From NCBI RefSeq assembly GCF_006345805.1, contig NC_042997.1:136462001-136526000 (forward strand): DNA of 64,000 nucleotides, given 5' to 3'. The notes under the pieces are model-generated. The model made no database searches. It saw only the letters and a program-made list of their open reading frames with translations, and had not been told where the DNA came from. The translations under genes and the position numbers were made by a program. The stretch comes from Octopus sinensis. Its lineage: Eukaryota. Positions within the stretch are counted from its first letter, which is position 1. Every line of letters begins with the position of its first letter. Positions 40,804 through 54,329 of the stretch are shown here, piece by piece.

Positions 40804-43379
40804 TTACTAGATAAGAGTCTCCGGCTGCTCAACATGATGAATTCAGCGCTATCTTCTCCCTGATTCGCGCTGAAGTATTTAGAAATTGCAAGAAAAAAAA
40901 ACTAATAGAAGATTCCTTTTGGGTAAATTTAACGATAGTGAAAAAGAATGAATACATTAATTTTCCTAATAAATATTCTCAAATAGGTTTCGAACTTCTA
41001 AATATCATCAGAGATTTCCGTTGAAAGAGCTACCCAGGCCAGCTGAAAGAGAGCTGATTAAAGCTTATTTATTGTTTTAGTTGTTTTTTTTAAATTTTTG
41101 TTTTGTTTTTTTGCCTCTTGGCAGATCCTTCCGATGTTTTTAGTAAAAATAATTTGTCTTAAAAAGTGTGTTCATCTTCAGAAGAATAACATTTACAAAA
41201 AAATATCCTAAGACCTTTGCATTTGTTTTTAAAGTATTTCTGAGGGCTTCATTCGTAGGAGTTAAAAGTTACTCATTTAAATACCGACCAAACTTGATAC
41301 GGTTTCATTTTCAATTATGTCTATTTTTACGACGTCACTCAAAACGTTTTATTAATGGAACATTGTTTTATTAATAAACTGAAAATGTTTTATTAATGAA
41401 AATGTTTTATTAATGAAAATACTTTATCAATGCAAATAATTTATAAATGCAGAATAAAATGGAAATATATTTTTGATTCAACATGATTCTCTTCAAATAA
41501 ACGCGTTCAATAATGTCTTTGAAATAAGATGCAAGCAATGTAAAATGAACAGAAGCAAGAACCTTAGTTATAAAATGAACAGAGAACTTACTTTAATTAA
41601 TGAACATTATGTTGACTAATTAAATTATTCTACTACATGACACTCTCATTAATTTACAATCCACTTCCTTTCTCCAATGGACATAAACGATCTTTAATTG
41701 TGGATTCTATTCAAGTGTTAATCTCACATTATATTTTTGTTCATTCTTATTTTATGGCTTCACATTTCACTTGACATCACAGTGTTCAATTCACTTTAAA
41801 CGAGATCAAAGAAAGAAGCCATCATTGGGCCAGTAAGGGAGCTTCTGTACAGTCGCTCGGTTTTCTAGAATAGATTGATTAATGTAATCCTAGATACACG
41901 ATGCCTGAAAAAAGATGGGGTTAACCTAAGTATTTTTCTATCAGTATTGACTTGGAATTAACAGCAATCCGAAATGACATCTTCCAGACTACAAATCAAA
42001 TGATCGACGACTCGTACCTTGCTACTAGAGTCGCAATATGTTCACAACAAAAGAAGCAACACCTTTAATTCAGATAACCGCAGTAGTTCACCACTGAAAA
42101 ATGTTGAGGCTCAATTCCTTTGGATGCAACTGAAAAGATCTCTTTTCAATATTCATCTCATTTTGTAGTACTGTATTTTATTATCATTCAAAAAGCAGTT
42201 TCAATTTTATTTTATCTTATTGAAAGCATATGTTGCTGTCATGCTACCACTCTGTCATTTCCCTAGATCTTACATATCAATTTGTCTCACAATACAATTC
42301 TGTAATAATTCTACTGAAGTTCTTGTATGAATAGAATTCTACGCTTTATTGGCTGCATTATAAACACTGTCGAAAGAACAAAAAATATAGTAACTATCAT
42401 ATTGTCTTCGATGAGAAAGTAACTGAACGTAGACAACAGAACATCTTCAATAAGATTATTTGTCAGCAGCACCTGCCATTTTCTTCCTTTATTAGAAAAA
42501 CCCAAAAAATAAATCAGGAAACAGTAAAAAGAAAACGTTGATTGTTGGCCAATGAAAGTGGTTTCAAAATTGCTTGGAAGTTATCACTTGAACCAATACG
42601 TATAGTTAAGAATTCATTTTCTTTCCGGGTTGGAGAAATGAGACCTGACATGACATTGTAGAGAAAAAGCATTATAAAAGCAAATTCATTCCACCAGTAT
42701 AAAGAGACATGAGTATCAAGTTCAATTTGCTTTTAAGCTGGCCAACGTTTCCATCCATATAATTTAACAATCTCATGTTGAATGGCATTCGAAGTTTGTC
42801 TGTCTTATTTGTTCTCTATTGTTTTTCTGTTTATTTTGCTTTTGTTTTTCTTGCTTTTCATCTGTTTATTTCTTGTTGCTCATTTGAAGGAGTATTTTTT
42901 TCTGCTTCTCTAAAGGAAGTCGGGAATTTTTGTTAAGCTATTGGGCAAAAAATGTTATGTGGAAGCAAAATCATCTGAGAGCAGATAATTATAGTTTCTT
43001 ATGTTAGTATAATACACATATATTTTTTATAATTTGTTCATGTGGGAAGTTTCAAAGTTCATGTTTTTCGACGTAAGTGAAAGTTCTGGGTATCATGATA
43101 TTGCATACAAAAGCAGAGAACTCAGAAAGCTAAAAGTAATCCCAGAAAAACTTATTTCAGCTTGAGAAGGGCATTTGGATCACAAATTTCAAATTCATTC
43201 CCTACTATTATTATAGGATGTTTGTATTTACGCAAATTAATATAATGTCTATATTTTACACAAACATAATGATAAATTTGAAGAGATTAACGCTAATGTA
43301 TTATTGCCGCTTGTTTTTACCTAATCTGTAGGGGAACATAACAGAAATAGCAGCGAAGTACTGGGATCTTTATCTTTTG

Positions 43380-43910
43380 ACCGGCAGATTTAGAAAATAA
43401 TTTTTTGTAACTAAACACTTTCAAACTTCGTATATTGGTAGAATGTGTCATATAAAATATCTTTTACTCTTAGCGTTTTAGAGAAAAGTTTATATTTACG
43501 AAGTTATTTCGTTTTAAAGTTGTCGTATTTCGGTAATTTCAACCAATGAATGACGTGTATTCAGCTGAATAAAATTACTGCTGTTGTTTGTAAACAACAA
43601 CTTCCAGTGGTGTATATTTCGTTTGTCACTGTTATTTATGACATATTTCATCTCAGTTACCTTCGTATGAATAACGAGTGTATCTGAAGCATGTTTACTT
43701 CATGGCACTACCATAATCGTTCGTGCTTCGTTTTTCATCTTTTTCCGTAACTCTAACCCTAAACTTAAAACTTTAACCCTAACCCTAACCCTAAAATCCT
43801 AAGCCTAACCCTAAAACCTTAAAGCTAAAACCAGTACAAACACACGAACGATAACATAAATAACAGTGGCAAACGAAAGATACACCGCCGATAGTTGTTG
43901 TTGACAAGTA
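43380..43910. mobile_element. Non-autonomous element with an internal inverted repeat around degenerate (TAACCC)n
   Basis: 43588-43641 is inverted at 43856-43908. Telomere-like hexamers at 43748-43825. Confidence 0.6.
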
Positions 43911-44476
43911 CTGTATTCGTTATGTTAAGCTCAGCATTTGATTCATACTATTTTCTACTGACTCAGGAGAATTTGAAATAATTTGAGATGTTTAAAGTCA
44001 GAACATGGAAGAATGAAACCGAGTATTTTACTTTATTCTACTTAGAATAAAGGTCCTATGTTTTTAAATGAGAGAGAACGACCTACTTTCGGGGCTGGTT
44101 AATTCTTTTAAGTCATTGTTAATAAAACGTTCCTTCCGTAACTTGGTCATCGATAGAAAGCGTACCTTAACTATTACAAACCGAAGGAAAAAATCAAGTC
44201 GAAATATTTGTCTAAAGAGTGTGGTCGAAATTTATGCCGTTTTTAAGCCTCGGTACACTCAATTTATGATTTTTTTTTCTAATTACTTAACTCATTTTTA
44301 TAGATGAAACTTATTTCAATGTTTGTAATTGCAGTACTTTTCAAACTGTTTCGTCACCGATGGTTATCAGAAATTTTATTTCTGAATATGTGTAAGTGCC
44401 GTCCCGAAAATAATGCAAAAGGTCACATAACTGTTTCATTAAATGACGGAAATTGTTCAGATAGCACATGATAGAA

Positions 44477-45200
44477 TCGTCGTCGTTGGCGTTTTATCGT
44501 GTGTCCGATAATTAATTTGGTTTCTTCTTGACCACATCTTCCCCTCTGTCCGTGTTTATGCCTCTGATGACTAATGAGGCAAATTCTTTCATGGAAGTAT
44601 CTGTTGCAAAGTCACAAGGGATCCGTGGTGGAAGCTTTGGTTTTTGCAGCCTCCATTTTCTTTCTTGTCGATTCTCTTCCTCTTTCCTCTGTCGTTCAGC
44701 TTCAAAATGATCTGTCACAGTGGAGAGGAAATTATGCCATCCGGCCTGTCCTAAGCTTCAATGTCCCAGGCTTTGCTTCATCTGATCCTTGTATCGACGG
44801 AGGGGACGGCCACGATGTCTTCTTCCAGTGGAATGTTCACCGTATAAATTTTGACGTGGCAGCCTAGTTTCTTTCATTCTTGCTACGTGGCACGCCCATC
44901 TCACACGATGTTTCAAGATGGTAACCTCGATGCTGCTGCTTTTCGTTCTCTCCAAAACGGAGACATCGGTTACATAGTCGTTCCATTTAATATTCATAAT
45001 AGAGCAAAGCTTCTGTTGGTAAAATAGCTCTAGTTTTTGACGTCAATTCAGTAAAGAGTCCAGGTTTCTCAACCGTAGAAGAGAGTGGAGATCATGACTG
45101 CTTGGTAGACACTTTTGTTTTCTGGTTCAGATCTTTGTTCTTAAAGACCCTTTTTGTTCTTAAAGACCCTTTTTGCGAGTCCACCAAACGTGGTGTGAAC
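44477..45200 (-). mobile_element. RTE-clade LINE 3' remnant
   Basis: NIKWNDYVTDVSVLER...RWACHVARMKETRLPRQNLYGE...GRPLRRYKD, with a short (CGA)n tail near 44480. Confidence 0.85.
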
Positions 45201-45329
45201 GCTTTTAATCAGTTCTCCATGATGTGCACTGATTCTATCACTGTTGATAGAGTAACTCTTATTCAATATAACGGTATTACTCAACATAGTTTCCATCACA
45301 AGCGATGCATTCACTTCATCGTTAAACTC

Positions 45330-46465
45330 AACTCTCGAATCATCTTTGAAAAATGTCAGGAGTACTATGTTATACTCACTTTCACACGTCTGTGTCTCAT
45401 AAAATCGTTACTTCTGGTTCGATTACACTGTCCTTCATTGTACCAATAAGGTGGAAGTCAGTCGACGCCTGACCTGCGTTGTTGTTCCATGAATGGAGAA
45501 GCAGTGACCCGACCAATTTGCCGATTGCCTGATTTGTTGTCAGTGACGTGTATATCACTTATTGCCATATTCAATGTGGATCATTTTCAGATTCTTCCTT
45601 GGTCTCTTCCTCCTAATGGCTTCTCTAAGCATTTTGAACGTCTCAGTGTACAGCTCGCTGTTCACAGTCATGTTCCAGAAAAGCAGAACAACGACGCCCT
45701 TGCCATGCAAAACAAAAAGTTACCACGACTTTCTGTGCCGATCGCTGATTCTGTAACTTATGCATTATAGGAGAGGTATGATGCTATTCCATGGACTGAT
45801 CCTTCACTTCTCGATCATAAAGATGCACCCACAGTTCATTCCCTATCACCATAATGGGAAAAAAACATATCTTCCTCGGCTTCGAATTCTTCCTGCAGAT
45901 CAGTGCAGACTTCCACATGCCTCTCCTTTAAATCGCATGTCATCTATCGACGTGTCTACTGTGCACACACTTTCCAATACCCAAAGTCTTCCAACCATTT
46001 TCTGTAATGCATTGTGACCACACAGTCTAGTTGTCTAGCAAGCACATGGATTGGGATTCGTCTGTTCGTGCAAATCAAGTCATCCACCCCCTGATGAATC
46101 GTGTCTGTGGTCGAAGTTGATGATTCCCCATTGCATTTGTTAATCTTCTATGCTGGTTTTCCCTTTTTTTAAACTTATCAATCCGTCTGTGCACGTCGCT
46201 CTTACCAATGATAGCATCTCTGTAGCCTTCTGACGCCTGCATCCCTCCTTCATCAAAACCTTAATGATACATCCCTCCTGCATCAAAACCGTAATGATGG
46301 TGCATTGCTTCTACTGGTAACTGATTATTTTCCTGCAGTTAATGCGAACAGGAAGAAAAACTACTATAGAGGAAGAGTTTTCTACCAGTTTGTGTCGTTT
46401 GTATGATCTATGTAAGTTAATAAAAAGTTACGCCCACATTCACATTACTTTTTGGGCGACACTTG
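45330..46465 (-). mobile_element. Decayed mariner remnant
   Basis: STDFHL (SPDLAPSDFHLF-like) near 45450-45470 and a TIR-like TTACTTTTTGGGCGACACTTG followed by TA. Confidence 0.55.
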
Positions 46466-48415
46466 TACATAGTCCGGGTTGTACTTAAACTATGAACATA
46501 TATATTTCTAAATTAAGAGTAATAATATGACTGACACTAATTACTACTAATAGTATATTCAAGATCAAAGATAATTCTTAATTCAGATCGCAAATGAAAC
46601 CTTTATTGCATTTTCTTATTAAATTTCGTTCAAGAAGATAGAGGTGAACTGAATAACATTATGTCTAAACCGATTCTGTTAAGATGCGACAGCAAGAACG
46701 TAAAATTATCTTACTATATAAGTAAACGGTAACCAGAACTCAAAAGCATTTCTCTTCTTCCATTAGTTGAATGCATTAGCTTAAATTAATTTTCAACAGT
46801 TGCAGAATCTTATGACACATGCAAGTGTTACTGTATCTTCAAAAGAGATGTTTGCCAGTCATTGACATTCACACAGAGCAGTTAATATTTTGATCATTCA
46901 AATATTAAACCCGTCTTTCACCGCAAGTATTTAACCTATCTGTAATCACTGGCGCTTTAATTTGTTTAACAAACCAGTTTTTGTTTTGCTTTTAATTCCT
47001 CTTTCGTCATTTAATTTATTCTGTTTCACGTAGTCTTGCCGATGTATCATATTATATTTTCTCTTAAAATTTAATTTAATGGACACAATTTCCTTATAAA
47101 TGTTGTGGCAGCTGTTCTAAATCGATTTTTTTTTCCAGTTCTTAGTGTCGAGTTATTAAGTCTTGTGGAAGAGGGATATAATTAATTGTACTAATACATA
47201 TGACATTTATCAGTTTGACTTGGTAGTACCTAGTTATTTTGGTAATATATTTTCCATTGTTGCGTTTTGATAACGTACCAAACTTTAAAAAAACTAATCT
47301 ATAATAGTTATAACATGAATGATAATTCTGTTATATCTTAATCTTAAACTCAATCAGGCACTCATAATATAATTAGTTTTCATTTCTTTCTACGTGCAAA
47401 CTATGCTTGTTTCTTTTAAATTTCACTTAATCTAACGTCGAAATACAAAATATTATCTAATTTAATTTATTGTATTAGGAAAATGGGCTTAATCCTTCCC
47501 TAAAGTAATGAGGATTTAAAACATAAAGACTATGAAATACCACGCATTTTTGTTACACTTGTGAATGAAAACAAATATAACAAGTATTCATAGATTACTT
47601 AGAACCTAACGACAGACCAACAGAACGCCTACATTAAGTTTTAAATTCTTTTGAACTTACTATTACTCTCTTTACTCGATCGTCACACCTTAAAACCTTC
47701 TAATGGTTAATTCATAAACTATGAAATCTCGCCTTTCTCTTTTGCAAGTGAAATCCATTTGCAAGTGAAATCCATAATAACTCGTGTGGTTATTTTCTTC
47801 AACCTACTATTCTTCGAAAGAGAAAGCGAGAATCTCGTATTACATAGAATTGTTGGTGAACTTCTTGAAAACTATACTTCTATGCTGTATGTTAAACGAA
47901 TGTGATGCATGCCAAGTTCATCTATTTCCAAATTCCCCATGTGATAGGGGTGGTATGAGGATATGAACTCAATACTGTCAATGGATCTGAAGGATTTCGT
48001 CAATTGTACAAGGTGTCCATAAAGTCTCTTTACAATTTAAAAAGTTTATTACAAAGGCAAATAATGGGATATGATTATCAGATTTGTTCTATGTACTCCA
48101 TGGTTATCAAAGTTTTTAACCACATTGCATTTTGTGTTTTTTATGTACCCTATTGATGGAAAGGGATCCGTTAAATGAAAACCTTAAAAAAATGGCTACT
48201 CCTCAAGAAAAGGCACAATGTGTATTTTGGTTTATTGAAACAAAATCGTACATGCAGATCCAGCGAAACTACAGGATTAAGTATGGAAGACATCCACTGT
48301 CAGGCACAAGAAATTTATGGAAACAGGAACAATGTTAGATAAAGGGAAGAGTGGCCGATCAAAATTATTTTCGGAAAACGTTGGTCATGTAAGACAAACT
48401 TTTGCTACAGTTCTA

Positions 48416-48593
48416 TTTTTAAGAGATGAGGAGTTATGTACATTATTTAGATTATTTACATTTTACGGATATTTGTCCTCATCTTGTTTGTTGTTAACAC
48501 AAAGTTTCGGCTGATATACCCTCCAGCCTTCATCAGATGTCTTGGAGAAATTTCGAACCTGGGTTCTCATTCCTAAGGTATTTTTCGATGTTG

Positions 48594-48658
<65 letters not shown>

Positions 48659-48688
48659 TAGGTCACTGCCTTAATAATAATAATAATA

Positions 48689-48726
<38 letters not shown>

Positions 48727-48867
48727 GTAACATCGAAAAATACCTTAGGAATGAGAACCCAGGTTCGAAATTTCTCCAAGACACCTGATGAAGGCTGGAG
48801 GGTATATCAGCCGAAACGTTGTGTTAACAACAAACAAGATGAGAACAAATATCCGTCAAATGTAAAT
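48416..48867. mobile_element. Palindromic hammerhead-bearing insertion (PLE pLTR-like)
   Basis: Arms about 48454-48659 and 48672-48867 with an (ATT)n/(AAT)n centre. Imperfect flanking duplication TTTTGCTA(CA)GTTCTA. Confidence 0.85.
48780..48825 (+). ncRNA. Minimal type I hammerhead ribozyme (mirror copy at 48496-48541 on -)
   Basis: GACAC CUGAUGA a GGCUG-gaggguauau-CAGCC GAAA CG UU GUGUU. 5-bp stems I and II, loopless palindromic AACGUU stem III. Confidence 0.82.
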
Positions 48868-51800
48868 GAAGTTTTTGCTAGTTCTACAAAGAGTTCTACA
48901 AAGGTACTGCTGCCAGACAGTTACCAACTTCAACAGTGCACAGAGTCCTACATAAGAGCTTGTGATTGTACGCTTACAAAGTGCTACTTTTACAGGCACT
49001 CGAACCAAATGATATACCAAGACGAAAAGAGTTTGCAGTTAACATGCTGGAACGAATTTCTGGGGATGCAGCGTTCCTCACCCGAATTTTTTTTAGTGAT
49101 GTGGCAACCTCTCATGTTTCAGGGAAACATAACACACATAATATGAGGACCTGGGGATCAGAACATCCCCATAATACCCCATGTGACTAGGGAACTTCAC
49201 CGAGATAGTCCAAAGGTGAATGTCTGGTGTGGGATGATGTGCAATCGAATCATTGGTCCATTTTCCTTCCCAGAGAGATCAATTTCTGCAAATGTTTACT
49301 TTGACCTTTTGACTGAATATGTGGCATCACAACTGGATGACCTTCAACCACTCATCATTTTCCAGCAGGATGATGCACCACCACACTCGGAACTGCATGT
49401 TCGTGGGTTCCTAAATTAAACATTTCCAGACCGGTGGATTGGAAGGGATGGCCCAATTCCCTGGAAACATCATTCGCCGGACGTCAATCCCTGGACCTTT
49501 TTCTATGGTGTTATGTTAAAGACATTTTGTATCGAACAAAGATACGGAACATCAATGACCTGAAGCAAAGGATCACTGATACCATTGCCACCATTGATAA
49601 GGCTGTGCTCCAGTGAACATGGTAAGAAATTGATTACCGTCTTGATGTGCTTCATGCTACTAATGGTGCCCATATAAAGATGTATTAAATGAAACAAAAA
49701 CCTTCAATACCTACTCCTCATTTTGTAATGATTTCCATTGATTTATCTGTTTATTTGCTTTTGTAATAATTCTTTGAAATTGTAAAGAGACTTTTTGGAC
49801 ACCTTGTATACTGCCCCCACCTGTTTTCAGCAATTAGTTAGCATTTACCTATTGTCTGTTAGCAATTAGTTAGTGCTTACCTGTTGCCACAAAGATCACA
49901 GGAGCGTCAATAATAAAGTGTCCCTAACACATTCTCAATGCAGTGGCCGGATATAAACATACATTTCTTTTGGTATTCTGACGCCTTGTTGAGTCGGCTG
50001 AGTTTCTCTTTTTCTTCAAAAGTGTAACAAAATATTCATTACTTCTGACAAATGTATTGTTTTTGCTGAGTCTTGTGAGGCAAGAGGTACACACTGAGCA
50101 AGATTCGCATCACGGTTTCATTTCCTAGTTAAAGTCATTTCACTTCGTCTGTGTGATTAATGCCTTTGGGACAGACATTTATGTTACAACACCTTATACC
50201 CACTAACATGTAGCATCTTTTGTAGCTCATCAACTTAAATATATTTATTGTTCGTGTAGCTAGTGCTGTGGAGTAAGAGCTAGAGTTGTAACAAGCCAAG
50301 TTCGCCATGTGGTTTCATATCCTATTGGTTGGACCCTATGAGCCCTCGATGTGTTAAGTCCATGATACGATTTCAATCCCTGATTCAAAGAATTTCATTC
50401 AAATCAATAATACTCTCCGGAAAAGATATAACTATCATGATTTCACTCTCGAAGTATATAGAGCATTCCTAAATAATCAAAAGAGATTAACTCAGGGTCA
50501 AATTCCACAGCGTTCTATTAGTAACAAATTTAAATTACGGTTTGTTTCCCCTACTTTTTTTAACCAGAGGAAGTCACTAAGAAAATTATTGATTCTTGTA
50601 TTTATGAGTGTAATTTTAATTAATTGAAACTTCTTGGCTCATTAATTTAAGTATGTTAGCGCTCTCTTTTTCGAACATATTTATAGCTCCCATTTTTATC
50701 ATTTGTTTTTGGCGGGCATTATAGAGTGACGTGTTTACCTGAGGCTATTGAAAAAAAGCTTTAAATTCTCAGTTTACTCTCCTCTAAACAAAGGTTTGGT
50801 GTATGTTACGACTAAGTGTTGCCATCCGATAATGTTTTCTGCATCAAATGTCTCTGCTTTGGGATTGCGAACTTTGAGGAGATAGGGCAACCAATCTTAA
50901 GAAGATCGCTAAAACCTTTGTTTTATAATATCAATTCTGTTTCTAATAGGCAATAAGTAACCTTTGTGCCTTTCTCAAATGAATCATCAACGTAAATAAC
51001 AGGAAATGCTTTCAACCGGAGTTAAAACTATATGATGTTTTTGTTTATTATTACCTGTTAGTAATAAAATAAATAACTAAAACATGGCGACAAAGAAGTA
51101 AACTTCCAGCTAGTTTAAACTGCAAAAATGTTTTATTTCCTGATTCACAGGGCTGTTTTTCTTTCTTCTAAAATATATTTCATCAAAAGAAAGCTCGTAT
51201 CGCGTGAGGAGAATGTGGCGAAGTTCTTGAAGTTCAGTTACTACCAAGGGTAGGTTGTTTTTTATTCACCCAAGCTCTATATTCGATTGTTTGCAGTGTC
51301 ACGTCCCTTTAACAGTTAACTTTGTATCTAAATAAGCTGGAATCATAGGGCAGTAAAGGCCATGTTAACCGAGTTCGCGAACAAGTTTCAATTCTCGACT
51401 CAAACTATACAACTAAATACCTCTTTATGATGGTATGAATATCCTACGACCTTATTTTCCTCACATTATACATTTGCGACCTTGTGACTACGACATCAAA
51501 AAATAACACAGTATATGGCACTTTAATTCTGTTTAGCTGCTTACATTCTTTTCCCTTTTTAATATATATTTAAAGAGAAAAATGTGCAATGTGTCTCAGA
51601 TGTTTGATGTTTTTTTTTTGCTTTTTTTTACTTATTTAGAATGACTTGCTAGCTTTTACCAAAAGGATCTAAAATTTCATAATTGTATAAAGATAAGGCT
51701 ACTACGTGGTGTGGAGGAAGAGGTTTCGTATCGTAAATTACTGTGTGTTAGAATTATCATTGTGGCAAAACTTATAAGAACAAAAATAAATTTCAATTTT

Positions 51801-53089
51801 CTCTGAACAGTAGTATTTAAATACAGGTCTTTCCATGTGCTGAATACTGCCGTTAAGTGTTTACTGAATGTGTTTCTTTACCCCCTTTTCTTCATTGTTG
51901 TTACTTATTGTGAATGATGTTCACTAAGTATTTCATCTCTTCTGCACTCACCATTGTCTGAAGACTTTCTCTTAAATGACTGTAGTTAATCCACAGCTGT
52001 AAATTTGTGTATAAGTCTCCGTGTACATTGTGCATGTTTAGATGTACGTACGGATATGTATGCTTTTATGTATGCATTATGCATGTATGTATGCACGTAT
52101 TCGGCAAGTATGCTATTATGTTTAGAAAATTGCTTCATGTGACTTTTAGACAATATGTTAATATCTAGGCCATTTATCAAAGACAAAAAAAATCGTAGTG
52201 AAAGATAGTATTATGACTGATGCCCTACATTTAAATTCCAAATACACTCGATTATGACTTCCATTTTATCATTTACTTTCTCTTTATAGTAACAAGTCAA
52301 AATAGGATTCTTTCTCTTTTGTTTTGATATTTCGCTCTACAGTGCTATACGTAAATATTAACCTTAAATATGAAAGGCAACTTGAGATAAATGAGGACGG
52401 AGATACATATAAGAAATTAATATATATATAATTAGAATTAATATATTCCTCAAAGAATATTTAGAAAATGAAATGGCATTTGTCAATTTGTCAATGGAAC
52501 GGCGAGATTGTTTCTCCAGTGGTACTTGTATTGATTTTAGAAGTGGAATGTGACTACAAAACAAGACATTAGGCTCCTTCGTCGGCTAAGACGATGACTA
52601 TTCCAGTTGTTCGAAAGACCGATCTATTAACTTTCTGAATTAGCATGTAAGTGGCTGGATATCCCCCACACACACAAACTGAGTAATAGTGCGTGGGCCG
52701 TTTGAATTGAACGTGTCTATGCAATCTCTGTCGACCTAATATCATTTTCAGGGCTTAGCTCGGCTCCAGGCTAAGATAGAAGACACCTACAAAAAATGTC
52801 GCACATTGAGATCGAACTCGTACCCTTATGATTGCTGCGTAAATCTTTTAGCCAGTCAGCAATACATATGCTATTATCAGCAGTAACACTTTATAATTGA
52901 TTAATGCTTCACTACCTTCCAGCGTTATATCCAAATTCTCCCGTGGATATTGGTTAGAGGAAGTAGGAATTGACGAGGATAACTCACTCTAGATACACTA
53001 CTACAATCTTTTAGTTGTACTTCAACGATGTTGGTTATGCAACTCATTCCATCTCAGATCATCTTTGTATTGGCTTCAAATTTTGGCAC

Positions 53090-53780
53090 AAGGTCAGCAA
53101 TTGGTACTTATTTTATCGACCCCGAAAGGATGGAAAGCAAAATCGACCTTGGCGTCGTTTTTTGAAGTCAGAACATAAGGACGAACTAAATGCCGCTAAG
53201 CATTTCGCCAGGCGTGCTCACGATTCTGCCACCTCGCCGCTTTGATCTTTGTATTAAATGAAGATTATAATAACTAAAATATATAATTCCAGAGAGATTT
53301 GTACTCAAGCTGGAGAGTCGGTACCCAGCGCAATTAAAAGCAAGCCAATGAGAAAGTCTCTCTGCGGTCAGTCGACCTTCTAGAAACAACAGTCAAATCT
53401 CCATCTAATCAATTATTTCGTGTTTACAAAAAAAGGGAAGTGATAAGAAAAGATGGGTTGGTCACCACTGTAATTCCATTTCTTTATCGTAGGTCTGCTC
53501 GATCAGACTTATGATAAAAATATTTTCCACGCCGTCCAAACCAACTATTACACGAGTCAATAATCCTCTCTACTGAAGGAACAAGGCCTTGAAATTTGGG
53601 GGAGGGGACTAGTCGATTACATCAAGCCCATTGTTTTACTGGTACTTAATTTATCGACTCCGAAAGAATGAAAGGCAAAGTCGACCTCGGCGGAATTTGA
53701 GAATTCAGAACGTAGCAGCAGACGAAATACTGCTAAGCATTTCGCCCGGCGCGCTAAGCACTCTGCTAGCTCACCGCCTT
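53090..53780 (-). mobile_element. Two SINE family A copies (53090-53240 and 53565-53780)
   Basis: Reverse complement of the family A sequence. Confidence 0.8.
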
Positions 53781-54329
53781 ACTAAAAAAAGTCGATAATG
53801 GAACTTCTAAGTAGTAGCCCGGTCTGCTAGAAATAGCAGCCAAATCTCCATAAATTTACATCCTACCGCCTAAAAGAAAAGAAGAAACACATTATATAAG
53901 ATAGCCTTAGATGTACAAAAAGATGTTTGAAATGCTCAATCAGAACAAACCTGGGGCTAAACAACACCAAAACATGATTGATATCAGAGTAATACCAAAT
54001 GCTTCAGTTTTACTCGATCAATCTTGCAGACTACTTTGGTTTAGTGTTAACAGCTTATTGAATGTTGGAACATTAAAATCAATTAGACTTAAGTAATTTC
54101 TATTGTTATGTATTTTTTTAATTCTGGGCTACACTTGATGACACATGATAGAATTAGTAAATACGAAGAAATATTGTTCGATCTGTTAAAAATAAACTTT
54201 TTGATATTTACTTATAGAAATATAGTATTTCGATGAAGTTATTTGCTTCTAATAAAAATCGTTATTCAACGAGATAAAGAACCACGGAGTTGAAAGAAAT
54301 AATAATAGTAAATGTTCCGGTGCAATACC

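Larger units (their letters stand above)
48009..49806 (+). mobile_element. Full-length dead Tc1/mariner element of DD41D (rosa) type, interrupted by a palindromic insertion
   Basis: TA|CAAGGTGTCCATAAAGTCTCTTTACAATTT ... AAATTGTAAAGAGACTTTTTGGACACCTTG|TA. MATPQEKAQCVFWF, FFSD, QQD and SPDVNP(L)D motifs. 41 codons between D2 and D3 once one frameshift is restored. Confidence 0.9.

Noticed and set aside
51808-51852. Imperfect hairpin resembling a pre-miRNA
   Set aside because: Short, rich in G-U pairs, and matches no miRNA I recognise.
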